From contig CAWGVS010000005.1 of NCBI GenBank assembly GCA_963826115.1, forward strand, positions 288,001-352,000: DNA of 64,000 nucleotides, given 5' to 3'. The DNA is from an uncultured Candidatus Rokubacteria bacterium. GTDB lineage: Bacteria; Methylomirabilota; Methylomirabilia; Rokubacteriales; DASRDR01. Below are positions 38,101 to 48,115 of the stretch, in pieces (within the stretch, counting starts at the first letter, position 1; each line of letters begins with the position of its first letter). Both the position numbers and the translations under genes were made by a program. The notes below the pieces were generated by a model. That model had not been told where the DNA came from. It worked only from the letters and a program-made list of their open reading frames with translations, and ran no database searches.

Positions 38101-38471
38101 CAGGACGCGCCGCCGCGCGGCGGGAGCTCGATGGGTTTCCCGTGAGGGGTGGCTCGCGCGGCCGCCTCCCACTCCGCCTTTCGCCGCGAGAGCTCTTTGG
38201 CGCCGACCAGGCCCTTCTCGGCCACGATGCCCTCGAGCGTCGCGAGCCAGTGGTGGTAGTACGTGTCGCCCCGGTCCGGATCCCCGGAGGCCTGGGCGCG
38301 CTCGATCTCGCGGGCCAGGCGCTCGGCCCACTCGGACCAGGTGAAGTGGCCCGCCTCGTGGAGGCGGACGGCCATGGCGAAGGCCTGCGCCTCCCATGGA
38401 GCCCCGAACACCGGCGCGCCCGCCTGGTCGCGCGGCAGCGCCGGGAGATCCGGCGCGCGATCACTGGGCAT
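38100..38471 (-). CDS. Nitrile hydratase accessory (activator, P14K-like) protein
   Basis: PVFGAPWEAQAFAMAV, FTWSEWA, YYHHWLATLE, TPHGKPI. Confidence 0.9.
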   Translation of the reverse strand: MPSDRAPDLPALPRDQAGAPVFGAPWEAQAFAMAVRLHEAGHFTWSEWAERLAREIERAQASGDPDRGDTYYHHWLATLEGIVAEKGLVGAKELSRRKAEWEAAARATPHGKPIELPPRGGAS

Positions 38472-38535
38472 ACGTTCCTCCAGTCACGAGCATCGTATCG
38501 CGACGGGAGCCCGGGAACCTACCGTCTGCGCGCGG

Positions 38536-38759
38536 TCACCTGGCGGCCTTGATCCAGTCGGCGATCCGGATGACCACCTTCCGCCCTGAGGACGAGCGTC
38601 GCGAGCGGCAGGCCGGTCCGAGGGGCCAAGGTCTCGACCTTGATCTCCTCGGCCGGCGCGGGCCGCGTGCCGACGGACAGGCTCGCCCAGCACCAGCCCG
38701 AGGAGGAGCGCGCGGCGAGTCAGGCCCCGCCGCCGCGCGCGGGTGTCGCTACGGATCAG
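38536..38759 (-). pseudogene. Internally deleted, frameshifted remnant of a secreted alpha/beta-hydrolase-like gene
   Basis: Three frames give LTRRALLLGLVL / ASLSVGTRPAPAEEIKVETLAPRTGLPLATLVLR / KVVIRIADWIKAAR*, resembling the N- and C-termini of the 51680-52534 protein. Confidence 0.45.
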
Positions 38760-39427
38760 GCCGGGTCGAGGTAGTCGTCCCAGAGGTCCACGTAGACCGC
38801 GTCGCGGGGGTGGGCGTCGGGGCCCCAGAGCTCCCGGGCGGTGAAGCGGACGCTGTAGACGTGCTGGGGCTTCTTGCCGAGCCCGGCCGCGTGGGTGTCG
38901 GCAAAGACGAAGACCCCGTAATCCTGGTCGACCACGCCCTGCCGGCCCCGGACGTAGCGGGGGAGGCGCGTGTGCCCGAGGGGATTGATGTTCCGGGCCA
39001 CGACGCCGTCCCCGGCCTTGAACTTCGGGGGGACCGGATCGTCGAGACGAGCGGCCCGCCGGTTCTGGAGGAGCCGCGGGACGCCCTCACGCGACAGCGC
39101 GCCGGGCAAGGGCTTCGACGGGGCGGGATCCGATGGCGCCAGGACGCGTCCGTCCAGCTCCGACCGCTGGAGGAACCCGTGCTGCTCGAGGAGCCGCTCG
39201 AGCCCCCAGAGCCAGTGCTCGTAGTAGCCGGTTGCGAGGTACTCGGCCGGCGGCATCTGCTCCCGCGCGAAGCGAGACATGTCGAGGTTCCACCGGCGCC
39301 ATCCGCCCATCGCCATGTTGAGCGCGAACACGCGCCGCTCCCATTCTGCGTGGAAGACGGGCTCGTCCGCCTCGATGGCGACCGGCCCGAACCCGTGCAT
39401 GCCGCCCAGATCGTGGGCGCCGTTCAC
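38756..39427 (-). CDS. nthB: Nitrile hydratase beta subunit
   Basis: [42 protein letters not shown]. Confidence 0.96.
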   Translation of the reverse strand: MNGAHDLGGMHGFGPVAIEADEPVFHAEWERRVFALNMAMGGWRRWNLDMSRFAREQMPPAEYLATGYYEHWLWGLERLLEQHGFLQRSELDGRVLAPSDPAPSKPLPGALSREGVPRLLQNRRAARLDDPVPPKFKAGDGVVARNINPLGHTRLPRYVRGRQGVVDQDYGVFVFADTHAAGLGKKPQHVYSVRFTARELWGPDAHPRDAVYVDLWDDYLDPA

Positions 39428-40125
39428 CGCGGGCCTCCCGGCGGCGCCACCCGGGCGACGCCGATCATGGAGTCGCGGGTGACGAGCTCCGCGAGCTGCG
39501 CCTCGGTCAAGCCGTCGGTCCCCGTCGGCCGCTCGGGCAGGACGAGGTAGCGGAGCTCGGCCGTCGAGTCCCACACGCGCACCTCGACGTCGTCGGGCAG
39601 GTCGAGCCCGACCTCGCGCAGGACGCCGCGCGGGTCGATGACCGCGCGGGCGCGGTAGGGCGCGGACTTGTACCAGACGGGCGGGAGCCCGAGGACGGGC
39701 CACGGGTAGCACGAGCAGAGCGTGCACACGACCACGTTGTGCACCGCGGGCGTGTTCTCGAGGACCACCATGTCCTCGCCCTGGCGGCCGATGTAGCCGA
39801 GGTCCGCGAGCGTCGCCGTCGCGTCGGTGAGGAGCCGGCGCCTGAACTCGGGATCGACCCAGGCCTTGGCCACCACGCGCGCCCCGTTACGCGGCCCGAC
39901 CTTCGTCTCGTAGGTGTCGATCAGCTCGTCGAGCGCGGCGGGGTCGACCAGGCCCTTCTCGGTGAGGAGGGACTCCAGCGCCTTGACCCGGAGCTGGACG
40001 TCCGACAGCGGCGCGTTGTGGGGGTGGGCGGGGTCGTCGATCCCGTGTCCGTGGTCGTGCCCGTGCGCGCGGTCGTGCGCGTGCGGCGAGTCGTGCTCGT
40101 GGTCGTGGGTATCGTGAGGGGTCAT
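39424..40125 (-). CDS. nthA: Nitrile hydratase alpha subunit, cobalt type, His-rich N-terminus
   Basis: [10 protein letters not shown] metal motif (Thr/Tyr indicates the Co type), [21 protein letters not shown]. Confidence 0.97.
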   Translation of the reverse strand: MTPHDTHDHEHDSPHAHDRAHGHDHGHGIDDPAHPHNAPLSDVQLRVKALESLLTEKGLVDPAALDELIDTYETKVGPRNGARVVAKAWVDPEFRRRLLTDATATLADLGYIGRQGEDMVVLENTPAVHNVVVCTLCSCYPWPVLGLPPVWYKSAPYRARAVIDPRGVLREVGLDLPDDVEVRVWDSTAELRYLVLPERPTGTDGLTEAQLAELVTRDSMIGVARVAPPGGPR

Positions 40126-40261
40126 GTCTTCCTTGATGTTAGCCCGAGCGAGGCCGCGCGTGCCAGCGGACCGTGAGTGGGCGTCAATCGAGCCCGGCGC
40201 CCGCCGAGGGCCTCGGTTGGCGGTCCGTGACGGCGAGCATCGGTCGTATCATGAGGGCACG

Positions 40262-42208
40262 ATGACGACAGGAGCCCCCGACATCATCTGGCGTCCCACC
40301 CCCGAGATCGTCCAGCGCGCCCGGATCGGCCGCTTCATGCGCGCCCACGGGATCTCCACGCTGGCCGAGCTCCATCGCCGCTCCGTCGCCGACCCGGCGT
40401 GGTATTGGGCGGCCGTGGAGCGGGACCTGGGCGTCCGGTGGACGACGCCGTACGCGCGCGTCGTGGACGAGTCTCGGGGTGCCCCGTGGGCCCGCTGGTT
40501 TCCGGACGGCCGGCTGAACTTCGCCGAGAACTGCCTGGACCGTCACGTGGAGGCTGATCGGGGGGGCAAGCCGGCGATCGTTTGGGAAGGGGACGGCGGC
40601 GAGTCGCGAGTGATCACCTACGCCGAGCTGCTGGCCGAGGTTGCCCGGCTGGCGAACGCGCTCACGCAGCTCGGCGTCGGGGAAGGCGACCGCGTCGGGA
40701 TCTTCCTCCCCATGTCGCCCGAGGCCGCGATCTCGACGCTCGCGGTGGCCCGGATCGGCGCCATCTACACGCCCTGCTTCTCCGGGTTCGGGGCGGGCGC
40801 CGTGGCCTCGCGCCTCGCCGACTGCGAGGCGAAGCTCGTCATCACCGCCGACGGCTTTCATCGCCGCGGCCAGCTCGTGCGGCTGAAGGAGACGGCGGAC
40901 GAGGCCGTGGCCCAGTGCCCCTCGGTCCGGACCGTGCTCGTCCACCGGCGCCTCGGCCGCGAGATCCCCTGGGTGACGGGGCGCGACCACTGGTGGGACG
41001 AGGTCGTCGCCGGCCAGCCCGCCCGGGCACCGGCGCTCCCGGTCGAGGCCAACCAGCCGTTCCTCATCATCTACACCTCGGGGACGACGGGTCGGCCGAA
41101 GGGAGCGGTTCTCACGCACGGCGGCTTCATGATCAAGACCGCGCACGACTTCGCCTACTGCATGGACGTCGGCGAGGGCGATCGGCTCTTCTGGCTGACC
41201 GACCTCGGCTGGCTCATGGGCCCCATGACGCTGACCGCGGGCCTCTTCCTGGGCGCCACCACCGTGGTGTTCGACGGCGTGCAGGACCATCCCGGGCCCG
41301 ATCGGCTGTGGAGCCTCGTGGAGCGCCACCGCATCAGCGTGATGGGGATTTCGCCCACCGCGGTGCGCGCGCTCATGGCCCACGGGGTCGAGCCGGCGCG
41401 GGCGCGCGACCTGTCGTCGCTCCGCATCATCGGGTCCACCGGCGAGCCGTGGAATCCCGAGCCCTACCGGTGGCTGTTCGAGAACGTGGGGCAGGGGCGG
41501 GTCCCGATCATCAACTACACCGGCGGCACGGAGATCTCCGGGGGCATCCTGGGGTGCTTCCCGATCGCCCCCCTCAAGCCCTGCGCGTTCTCCGGGCCGA
41601 TCCCGGGCATGGCCGCCGACTGCTTCGGCGAGGACGGCCGGCCGGTGCGCGGCCAGGTCGGCGAGCTGGTGATCACCCGGCCGTGGCCGGGGATGACGGC
41701 GGGGTTCTGGCGCGACCCGGAGCGCTACGAGGAGACGTACTGGTCGCGCTGGCCCGGCGTCTGGGTCCACGGCGACTGGGCGCGCGTGGACGACGACGGG
41801 TACTGGTTCATCCAGGGCCGCTCCGACGACACGCTCAAGATCGCCGGCAAGCGGCTCGGTCCGGCCGAGGTCGAGTCCGCGCTGGTCGGCCATCCCGCGG
41901 TCGCCGAGGCGGGCGTCATCGGCATTCCCCACCCGATCAAGGGAGAGGCGGTGGTCTGCTTCGTCGTGCTGCGCCCCGGCCACGCGCCGGCCGAGGCTCT
42001 CCGGACCGAGCTCGTCGACCGCGTGGCCGGCGTGATGGGCAAGGCGCTCAAGCCCGAGAAGGTCCTGTTCACCCGTGACCTCCCGAAGACCCGGAGCGCC
42101 AAGATCATGCGCCGGGTGATCCGGGCGACGCATCTCGGCCAGCCGGTGGGCGACGTGTCGTCGCTCGAGAACCCCGGGGCGATCGCCGCGATCTCCGAGG
42201 CCAGCTGA
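40262..42208 (+). CDS. Acetate/acyl-CoA synthetase (AMP-forming)
   Basis: YTSGTTGRPKG, STGEPW, GGTE, GRSDDTLKIAGKRLG, LPKTRSAKIMRR. Confidence 0.92.
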   Translation: MTTGAPDIIWRPTPEIVQRARIGRFMRAHGISTLAELHRRSVADPAWYWAAVERDLGVRWTTPYARVVDESRGAPWARWFPDGRLNFAENCLDRHVEADRGGKPAIVWEGDGGESRVITYAELLAEVARLANALTQLGVGEGDRVGIFLPMSPEAAISTLAVARIGAIYTPCFSGFGAGAVASRLADCEAKLVITADGFHRRGQLVRLKETADEAVAQCPSVRTVLVHRRLGREIPWVTGRDHWWDEVVAGQPARAPALPVEANQPFLIIYTSGTTGRPKGAVLTHGGFMIKTAHDFAYCMDVGEGDRLFWLTDLGWLMGPMTLTAGLFLGATTVVFDGVQDHPGPDRLWSLVERHRISVMGISPTAVRALMAHGVEPARARDLSSLRIIGSTGEPWNPEPYRWLFENVGQGRVPIINYTGGTEISGGILGCFPIAPLKPCAFSGPIPGMAADCFGEDGRPVRGQVGELVITRPWPGMTAGFWRDPERYEETYWSRWPGVWVHGDWARVDDDGYWFIQGRSDDTLKIAGKRLGPAEVESALVGHPAVAEAGVIGIPHPIKGEAVVCFVVLRPGHAPAEALRTELVDRVAGVMGKALKPEKVLFTRDLPKTRSAKIMRRVIRATHLGQPVGDVSSLENPGAIAAISEAS

Positions 42209-42281
42209 CCGCGCGCCGCTGACCGCCCCGGCCTCATTGCGTCCTTTCGGTCGCGATCCGCCTCCAGTAGAATCCGGGCCG

Positions 42282-43622
42282 ATGCGTGGGCCCGCCCAGG
42301 CCGATCGTGGTGTCCCTCTCAGAGTCGCCTGCCTCTCCGAAACCTATCCGCTCCTGACCTTCACCGTGGTCTGGCGCGAGGCCCAGGCGCTCCGCGCCCA
42401 GGGGATGGACGTCGAGCCATTCTCGGTGTGGCGGCCCTCGCCCGGCGAGGCCCTCGGGGGTGGCGAGGTGTCCCGGACCTCGTATCTCGCCGAGGCAGGT
42501 GCCCGGGAGATCCTCGGGGCGCATGCGGTGCTCCTCGCGACGCGCCCGGCGCGCTACGTGAGGGCGGTCCTGCTCACGCTCCGCACCGGCACTCCGGGGT
42601 GGGGCCGTCGCCCCGGGATTCGCCGCCTGACCTGGGCCGCCCTCCTGGTCCGGCAGATGCGCGCGCGCGGGCTCGCGCACCTGCACGTCGACGGGACGAG
42701 CGCGGGGTCGGCCGTGGCCATGATCGCGGCGGAGCTCGGCGGGATCCCCTTCAGCGTCACGGTCCACGGCCCGCGGGCCTTCTTCATGGTGAAAGCGCGT
42801 CACCTCGACGAGAAGCTGCGGCGCGCGCGCTTCGTGCGCTGCATCAGTCACTTCTGTCGGAGCCAGTGTCTCCTGTGGGTGTCCCGGGATCACTGGCCGC
42901 GCATCCATGTCGTCCATTGCGGGATCGACACCGCGGACTACGCGCCCCGGGTCCACGAGGGCGCCGGCTCGCACGTTCTCTTCGTCGGGCGCCCCGGCGT
43001 CCGGAAGGGTCTGTCGTTCCTGCTCGAGGCGGTTGCCCGTCTCCGTGCCGAGCGGCCGGACGTCCGGCTCACGGTCGTCGGCGATGGGCCCGAGCGTGCG
43101 GAGGCGGAGGCCACCGCCCAGGCGGCGGGCATCGGCGATCGCGTGCAGTTCACCGGGTACCAGTCCTCGGCGCAGGTCGCCGAGTGGCTGTCGAGGGCGG
43201 ACGTGTTCGTGCTGCCGAGCCTGGCCGAGGGCGTTCCGATCGTCCTCATGGAGGCGATGGCGGCCGGGGTGCCGGTGGTGGCCACCAATGTCGGCGGGAC
43301 GAGCGAGCTGGTGGTCGACGGTGAGAACGGGTTCCTGGTGCCCCCGACGGTGACCGACGCGCTCGTGTCCCGGATCGGCCAGCTCCTGGACGACCCGGAG
43401 CTGCGGGGGCGCCTCGGACGCGCCGGCCGGGAGACAGTGGTCCGCGATTTCAGCCTGGAGCGGAATACGGCGCGTCTGCGCGACCTTCTCGCGAGCGCGG
43501 TTGCCGGCGAGGGGACTACCGAGCCGGAGGGCGTCGTGGCGTCGCACGGTCCGGCCGGCTCGGTTTCCACGGAGAGCGGATCACGGCAGCCTCACGTGGC
43601 CGCCGGCGACCCGACGAAGTAG
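42282..43622 (+). CDS. Glycosyltransferase family 4
   Basis: VTVHGP, FVGR...KG, EGVPIVLMEAMAAGVPVVATNVGG. Confidence 0.92.
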   Translation: MRGPAQADRGVPLRVACLSETYPLLTFTVVWREAQALRAQGMDVEPFSVWRPSPGEALGGGEVSRTSYLAEAGAREILGAHAVLLATRPARYVRAVLLTLRTGTPGWGRRPGIRRLTWAALLVRQMRARGLAHLHVDGTSAGSAVAMIAAELGGIPFSVTVHGPRAFFMVKARHLDEKLRRARFVRCISHFCRSQCLLWVSRDHWPRIHVVHCGIDTADYAPRVHEGAGSHVLFVGRPGVRKGLSFLLEAVARLRAERPDVRLTVVGDGPERAEAEATAQAAGIGDRVQFTGYQSSAQVAEWLSRADVFVLPSLAEGVPIVLMEAMAAGVPVVATNVGGTSELVVDGENGFLVPPTVTDALVSRIGQLLDDPELRGRLGRAGRETVVRDFSLERNTARLRDLLASAVAGEGTTEPEGVVASHGPAGSVSTESGSRQPHVAAGDPTK

Positions 43623-43717
43623 TCGACGTCGGCCCGGCGCCGGACGCGCCCGGCGGCCGTCACCGTGGCGCCGGCGCCCTCGAGCCTACCTCGGGGCCGA
43701 CGCGGTCGTGCCCGGCC

Positions 43718-44686
43718 TTAGCGGGGCGGAACGACGACGTCTCGTGGCCGGCCCGCCAGGAAGTGCTCGACGTTCTCCACCGCGCGGAGGAGCCCCGCGT
43801 CGATCACCTCGCGGGTGTTCCCGCCGTTGTGGGGCGTCAGCACGACGTGCTGGAGGCCGAGGATCGGGTCGCCGGCGGGGATCGGCTCCTCGTGGAAGAC
43901 GTCGAGCCCCGCGCCGGCGATGCGGCCCTCGCGGAGCGCGTCGACCAGCGCGGCCTTGTCGACGAGGCCGCCGCGCGCGGTGTTGACGAGGAACGCCGTC
44001 GGCTTCATCAGCGCGAGCCGGTCTCGCCCCAGGTAGTTCTGCGTGTCCGCGCTCAGCCGGAGGTGGAGGCTCACGATGTCCGACTCGCGGAGGAGCGTCT
44101 CGACCGGAACGTGTCGCGCGCCGGCCTTGGCCGACCGGCCCCCGTCCGGCCCGTAGGTCGCCGCCAGGAGGCGGACGCCGAACGGTTGCAGGAGCTCCGC
44201 GACCCGTCCACCGATCGCGCCCAGGCCGATCAGACCCACGGTCTTGCCCTCGAGCTGGACCAGCTGCGCGCGCGGCCACTGGGCTGCCCGGGTCTCGCGG
44301 TCCATGGTCCCGATGCGGCGCGTGGCGGCGAGCATGAGCGCGAGGGTGTGCTCGGCGACGGCGTGGGCGTTGACTCCGGGCGTGTTGGTCACCGCAACGC
44401 CGCGGGTCCGGCACGCGGCGAGATCGACGTTGTCGGTCCCCGTGCCCCAGATCGAGATGAGCCGGAGGCTCGGGCAGGCGGCGAGAACGCGGTCCGTGAA
44501 CTTCGCGTGGGCGCGGATGTTGATCACGACCTCCGCGTCGCCGATCCGCCGGACGAGCTCCGCCTCCTGGTCCGCCCCGCGCTCGGTGTGCACGGTGACC
44601 TGACCCAGCCCGCGCAGCCTCGGCTCGGCGGCGGAGCCGGTGAAGGCGGCGGGGAAGTCGTCGGGGACCACGATCTTGAGGCTCAT
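43718..44686 (-). CDS. D-2-hydroxyacid dehydrogenase (phosphoglycerate dehydrogenase family)
   Basis: GLIGLGAIG, VNTARG, LDVFHEEP, TPHNGG. Confidence 0.92.
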   Translation of the reverse strand: MSLKIVVPDDFPAAFTGSAAEPRLRGLGQVTVHTERGADQEAELVRRIGDAEVVINIRAHAKFTDRVLAACPSLRLISIWGTGTDNVDLAACRTRGVAVTNTPGVNAHAVAEHTLALMLAATRRIGTMDRETRAAQWPRAQLVQLEGKTVGLIGLGAIGGRVAELLQPFGVRLLAATYGPDGGRSAKAGARHVPVETLLRESDIVSLHLRLSADTQNYLGRDRLALMKPTAFLVNTARGGLVDKAALVDALREGRIAGAGLDVFHEEPIPAGDPILGLQHVVLTPHNGGNTREVIDAGLLRAVENVEHFLAGRPRDVVVPPR

Positions 44687-44750
44687 CGGAGAGGCTCCCT
44701 TTGGCGGTGGTAGTGGGGTCGGTGAATGGGAGGGTGGCGCTCCACGCGGC

Positions 44751-45926
44751 TCACTCCGCGTCCGGAGCCTTCGAGCCTGGCTCCTCGCCGGGCAGTAACG
44801 GCGCACGGCCACCGAAGCGGGCGGGGTCGAAGAGCGAGAGGTCCATCGACGGCCGGCCGTCGATGATCCACTCGGCGACCAGGCGTCCGGTCGCGGGCGA
44901 GTGCTGGAAACCGTGGCCGCCCCAGCCGACGGCCAGGAAGAAGCCCTCGACGCCCGGCGCCCACCCGATGATCGCGTGGTCATCGGGCGTGAGGGGTCGG
45001 AGACCGGCCCAGCCGCCCGCGATCCGCGCGCGCTCGACGATCGGGACGCGGTGGAGGGCCTTGGCGACGGTCTCCTCCATCCTGTCCCAGTCGACGGGCG
45101 CGACCTGGTCGTCTCCGATGTCCTGGACGTCGCCGGGGCTCAGCAGGAGCTGCTGCATCTCCTTGCGGAAGTAGAAGCCGCTCCCGGTGTCCGTCGTGAT
45201 CGGGACGGGGCCCGGTAGGTCGGGGAACGGATCCGTGTAGAAGATGTGACGGCGGCGGGGATAGACCGGCAGCGATAGGCCGGCCAGGCGGCCGACCCGG
45301 GCGGCGGCCGGCCCGGCGGCGTTGACCACCACCGGCGCGGCGATCGCGCCGTCGGACGTCGTCACGCCCCGGATGCGGCCAGTCTCCACGGTCAGCCCCG
45401 TCGTGTCGACGCCCTCGAGGATGCGCGCGCCGAGCTCGCGCGCCCGCCGCGCGAATCCGGCGGTCACCTCGGCGGGGCCCGCGACGCCGTCGTTGGGGCC
45501 CCACACGGCGGCGACCAGGTCGTCGACGTGGAGCGCGGGGACGATCGCCTGCGCTTCCTTCGGCGTGATTACCCGCACGTCCACGCCGAGGCGCCGCTGG
45601 AGGGCGATGCGCGTCTCGAATCCTCGGAGCGCCGCGGGGGTCGAGATGAGGAACAGGTAGCCGATGCGCTGGAAGCCCGGGTCGCCCCCGAACTCCTCCT
45701 TGAAGGTCTCGAGGACGTGCTGCCCCTCGAGCGAGAAGCGGATCTCGGGCTCCGTGCCGAACTGCGCCCGGATCCCGCCCGCGGCCTTGCTCGTGGTGCC
45801 GCTGCCGACAGTCTCCCGCTCGAGCACGACGACGTCGCGGACTCCGCGCCGGGCGAGGTGGTAGGCGATGCTGCAGCCGACCGCGCCTCCGCCGATGACG
45901 ATGACGCTCGCGGTCTTGGGGGTCAC
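44751..45926 (-). CDS. FAD-dependent oxidoreductase (sarcosine oxidase beta / DAO family)
   Basis: IGGGAVG, AAGGIRAQF, WAGLRPLTPD, GHGFQHSPATG. Confidence 0.9.
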   Translation of the reverse strand: MTPKTASVIVIGGGAVGCSIAYHLARRGVRDVVVLERETVGSGTTSKAAGGIRAQFGTEPEIRFSLEGQHVLETFKEEFGGDPGFQRIGYLFLISTPAALRGFETRIALQRRLGVDVRVITPKEAQAIVPALHVDDLVAAVWGPNDGVAGPAEVTAGFARRARELGARILEGVDTTGLTVETGRIRGVTTSDGAIAAPVVVNAAGPAAARVGRLAGLSLPVYPRRRHIFYTDPFPDLPGPVPITTDTGSGFYFRKEMQQLLLSPGDVQDIGDDQVAPVDWDRMEETVAKALHRVPIVERARIAGGWAGLRPLTPDDHAIIGWAPGVEGFFLAVGWGGHGFQHSPATGRLVAEWIIDGRPSMDLSLFDPARFGGRAPLLPGEEPGSKAPDAE

Positions 45927-45990
45927 TCAGTTCCCTCCACGCGCGGCGCTTCAACCGCGCGTCGAGCGGCGGGGACCGTGTCCGTGCGCA

Positions 45991-47946
45991 TCAGAGCGCG
46001 CGGGCGACGCGGGTGCCGTCGAGCATGGCGTCGTGGATGCGGCGGGGGGAGACGGCGTCGCCGACCAGCCGGAGCTCCGGGACGCGCCCGTCGAGCTCGT
46101 GGTACAGGGTGTCGTTCGCCCTGCCGCCGAACGAGAGGACGACGGTGTCGGCCTCGATGGTCGCCTCGGCGCCGGAGAACGTGTGCCGCGTCCGGAGGCC
46201 GCCGGGCACGATCGCCTTGGCGGCCGTGAGCGGCTGCAGCACCACGCCCTGCTCGAAGAGGCGCGCGTAGATGTCGGAGCGGATCCCCTCGTCGATGTCC
46301 TCGCCGACCATGAAGTACTTCGAGATGAGCGTCACCTGGCAGCCCTTGCCGGCCAGGAGGTCGGCCGTCGTCGGCGCCGCGTAGTGACCGTCCTCGTCGA
46401 CGACCACCACGCGCCGGCCGGGGGTCACGCGGCCGAGCAGCGCCTCGACGGTGGTCGTGACGTGCGGGAGGTCCACGCCCGGCAGGTCCGGGATGCGCGC
46501 GGTCGCGCCCGTCGCGACGATCACCGCGTCGGGCTCGAGCGCGAGCACGGCGTCCGCCGTCGCCCGCACGCCGAGGCGCACGTCGACGCCGGCCTTGTCG
46601 ACCTGGCGGCCGAGCCAGTCGGCGATCTTCGCGTAGTCCTCGCGCTTCGGCGCCTTCGCGGCAGCGAGGATCTGGCCGCCCAGATCCCGGGTCGCCTCGA
46701 GGAGCGTCACGCGGTGCCCGCGGATCGCCGCCACGCGCGCGGCCTCGAGGCCGGCGGCGCCGCCACCCACGACCACGACCTTCTTCGGCCGATCGGCCGG
46801 GCGGATCACGCCGAGCTCGGCCTCGCGGCCGATCATCGGGTTCTGGACGCAGCCGATCGCCTTGCCCTGGCGGAGCCGGCCGATGCAGCCCTCGCTGGCC
46901 CCGACGCAGACGCGGATGTCGTCGACCCGCCCCTCGACGGTCTTCCGCGGCAGCTCGGGATCGGCGATCAGCGCCCGCGTCATCCCGACCATGTCGCAGA
47001 CGCCGGCGGCGAGGGCGGCCTCGGCCTGCTCGACCGTCATCACGCGGCCGGCGACGATCACCGGGACCTTGACGACGGAGCGCGTGAGGGCGGCCAGGTC
47101 GTTGAAGAGGCCCTTCGGATGGTAGAGCGACGGGGTGACCATCGCCTCGTACTTCAGCGTCTCGGGATTGGAGCCGCTCACCATCCAGTAGTCGGAGATC
47201 CCGAGGCCGTCGACCAGGCGCGCGACCTCGAGCAAATCCTCCCGGCTCATGCCGCCCGGGACGAAGTGGTCGCCGCTGTGGCGGACGCCGACGATGAACT
47301 CGGGGCCGACGGCGTCGCGAATGGCGCGCAGCACCTCGCCGATGAGGCGGCACCGGTTCTCGAGGCTCCCGCCGTACTCGTCCGTCCGCTTGTTGGTGAG
47401 GGGCGAGAGGAAGTTCTCGAGCAGGTGGCCGCCGTAGAAGGGGACGTCGCAGCCGTCGTAGCCGCCCTTCTGGAGCCGAACGGCCGCGGCCGCCCAGGCG
47501 TCCACCACCTCGCGGATCTCGCGTGTCGTCATGACGTGCGGCCACTCGCGGTGACGCTCCTCGCGGGTGTCCGACGGCGCCCAGAGCGGCACGCCCGAGT
47601 ACCAGGAGTGGCCGCGGCGGCCGCGGTGGGAGATCTGGGAGAGGCAGAGCGCGCCGTGGCGATGGATCGCGTCGCTCATCTGCCGGAACTGCGGGATGAT
47701 GCTGTCGTCCCAGTTGTTCACCTCGCCCCAGTCGTTCACCGAGGTGGGGTGGATGCTGGACGAGCCGAACATCATCACCGTGCCGCAGCCGCCCTTCGCC
47801 TTCTCCTCGTGGTAGCGGATGTAGCGGTCGGTGAGCCCGCCCTTGTCGCCGAACGCCGCCCCGTGCGGGGTGGACACAATGCGGTTCTTCGCCTCGCGGC
47901 GTCCGATCTTCACCGGGCTGAACAGCCGTCGGAACTCCGTGGTCAT
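45991..47946 (-). CDS. NADH:flavin oxidoreductase (OYE TIM barrel + Fe-S + FAD domain; FadH/TMADH-like)
   Basis: NRIVSTPH, FLSPLTNKRTDEYGGSLENR, CVGASEGC...CVQNP, VVGGGAAGLEAA. Confidence 0.9.
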   Translation of the reverse strand: MTTEFRRLFSPVKIGRREAKNRIVSTPHGAAFGDKGGLTDRYIRYHEEKAKGGCGTVMMFGSSSIHPTSVNDWGEVNNWDDSIIPQFRQMSDAIHRHGALCLSQISHRGRRGHSWYSGVPLWAPSDTREERHREWPHVMTTREIREVVDAWAAAAVRLQKGGYDGCDVPFYGGHLLENFLSPLTNKRTDEYGGSLENRCRLIGEVLRAIRDAVGPEFIVGVRHSGDHFVPGGMSREDLLEVARLVDGLGISDYWMVSGSNPETLKYEAMVTPSLYHPKGLFNDLAALTRSVVKVPVIVAGRVMTVEQAEAALAAGVCDMVGMTRALIADPELPRKTVEGRVDDIRVCVGASEGCIGRLRQGKAIGCVQNPMIGREAELGVIRPADRPKKVVVVGGGAAGLEAARVAAIRGHRVTLLEATRDLGGQILAAAKAPKREDYAKIADWLGRQVDKAGVDVRLGVRATADAVLALEPDAVIVATGATARIPDLPGVDLPHVTTTVEALLGRVTPGRRVVVVDEDGHYAAPTTADLLAGKGCQVTLISKYFMVGEDIDEGIRSDIYARLFEQGVVLQPLTAAKAIVPGGLRTRHTFSGAEATIEADTVVLSFGGRANDTLYHELDGRVPELRLVGDAVSPRRIHDAMLDGTRVARAL

Positions 47947-48115
47947 GTCAGGGCTTCCTCCAGTGCGGGACGAGCCGGGCGGACTCCGCTTCGGCCGGAC
48001 CATCGCGCTGTTTCCGAGACCAGACGGAGGAATCGCCGCGGACTTCCGGCAGGTCGGTCCGCGGTTCTCCGTTCGGTCAAACTGTATAACGCGAAGCCAT
48101 GACGCGGAAGGGCCG

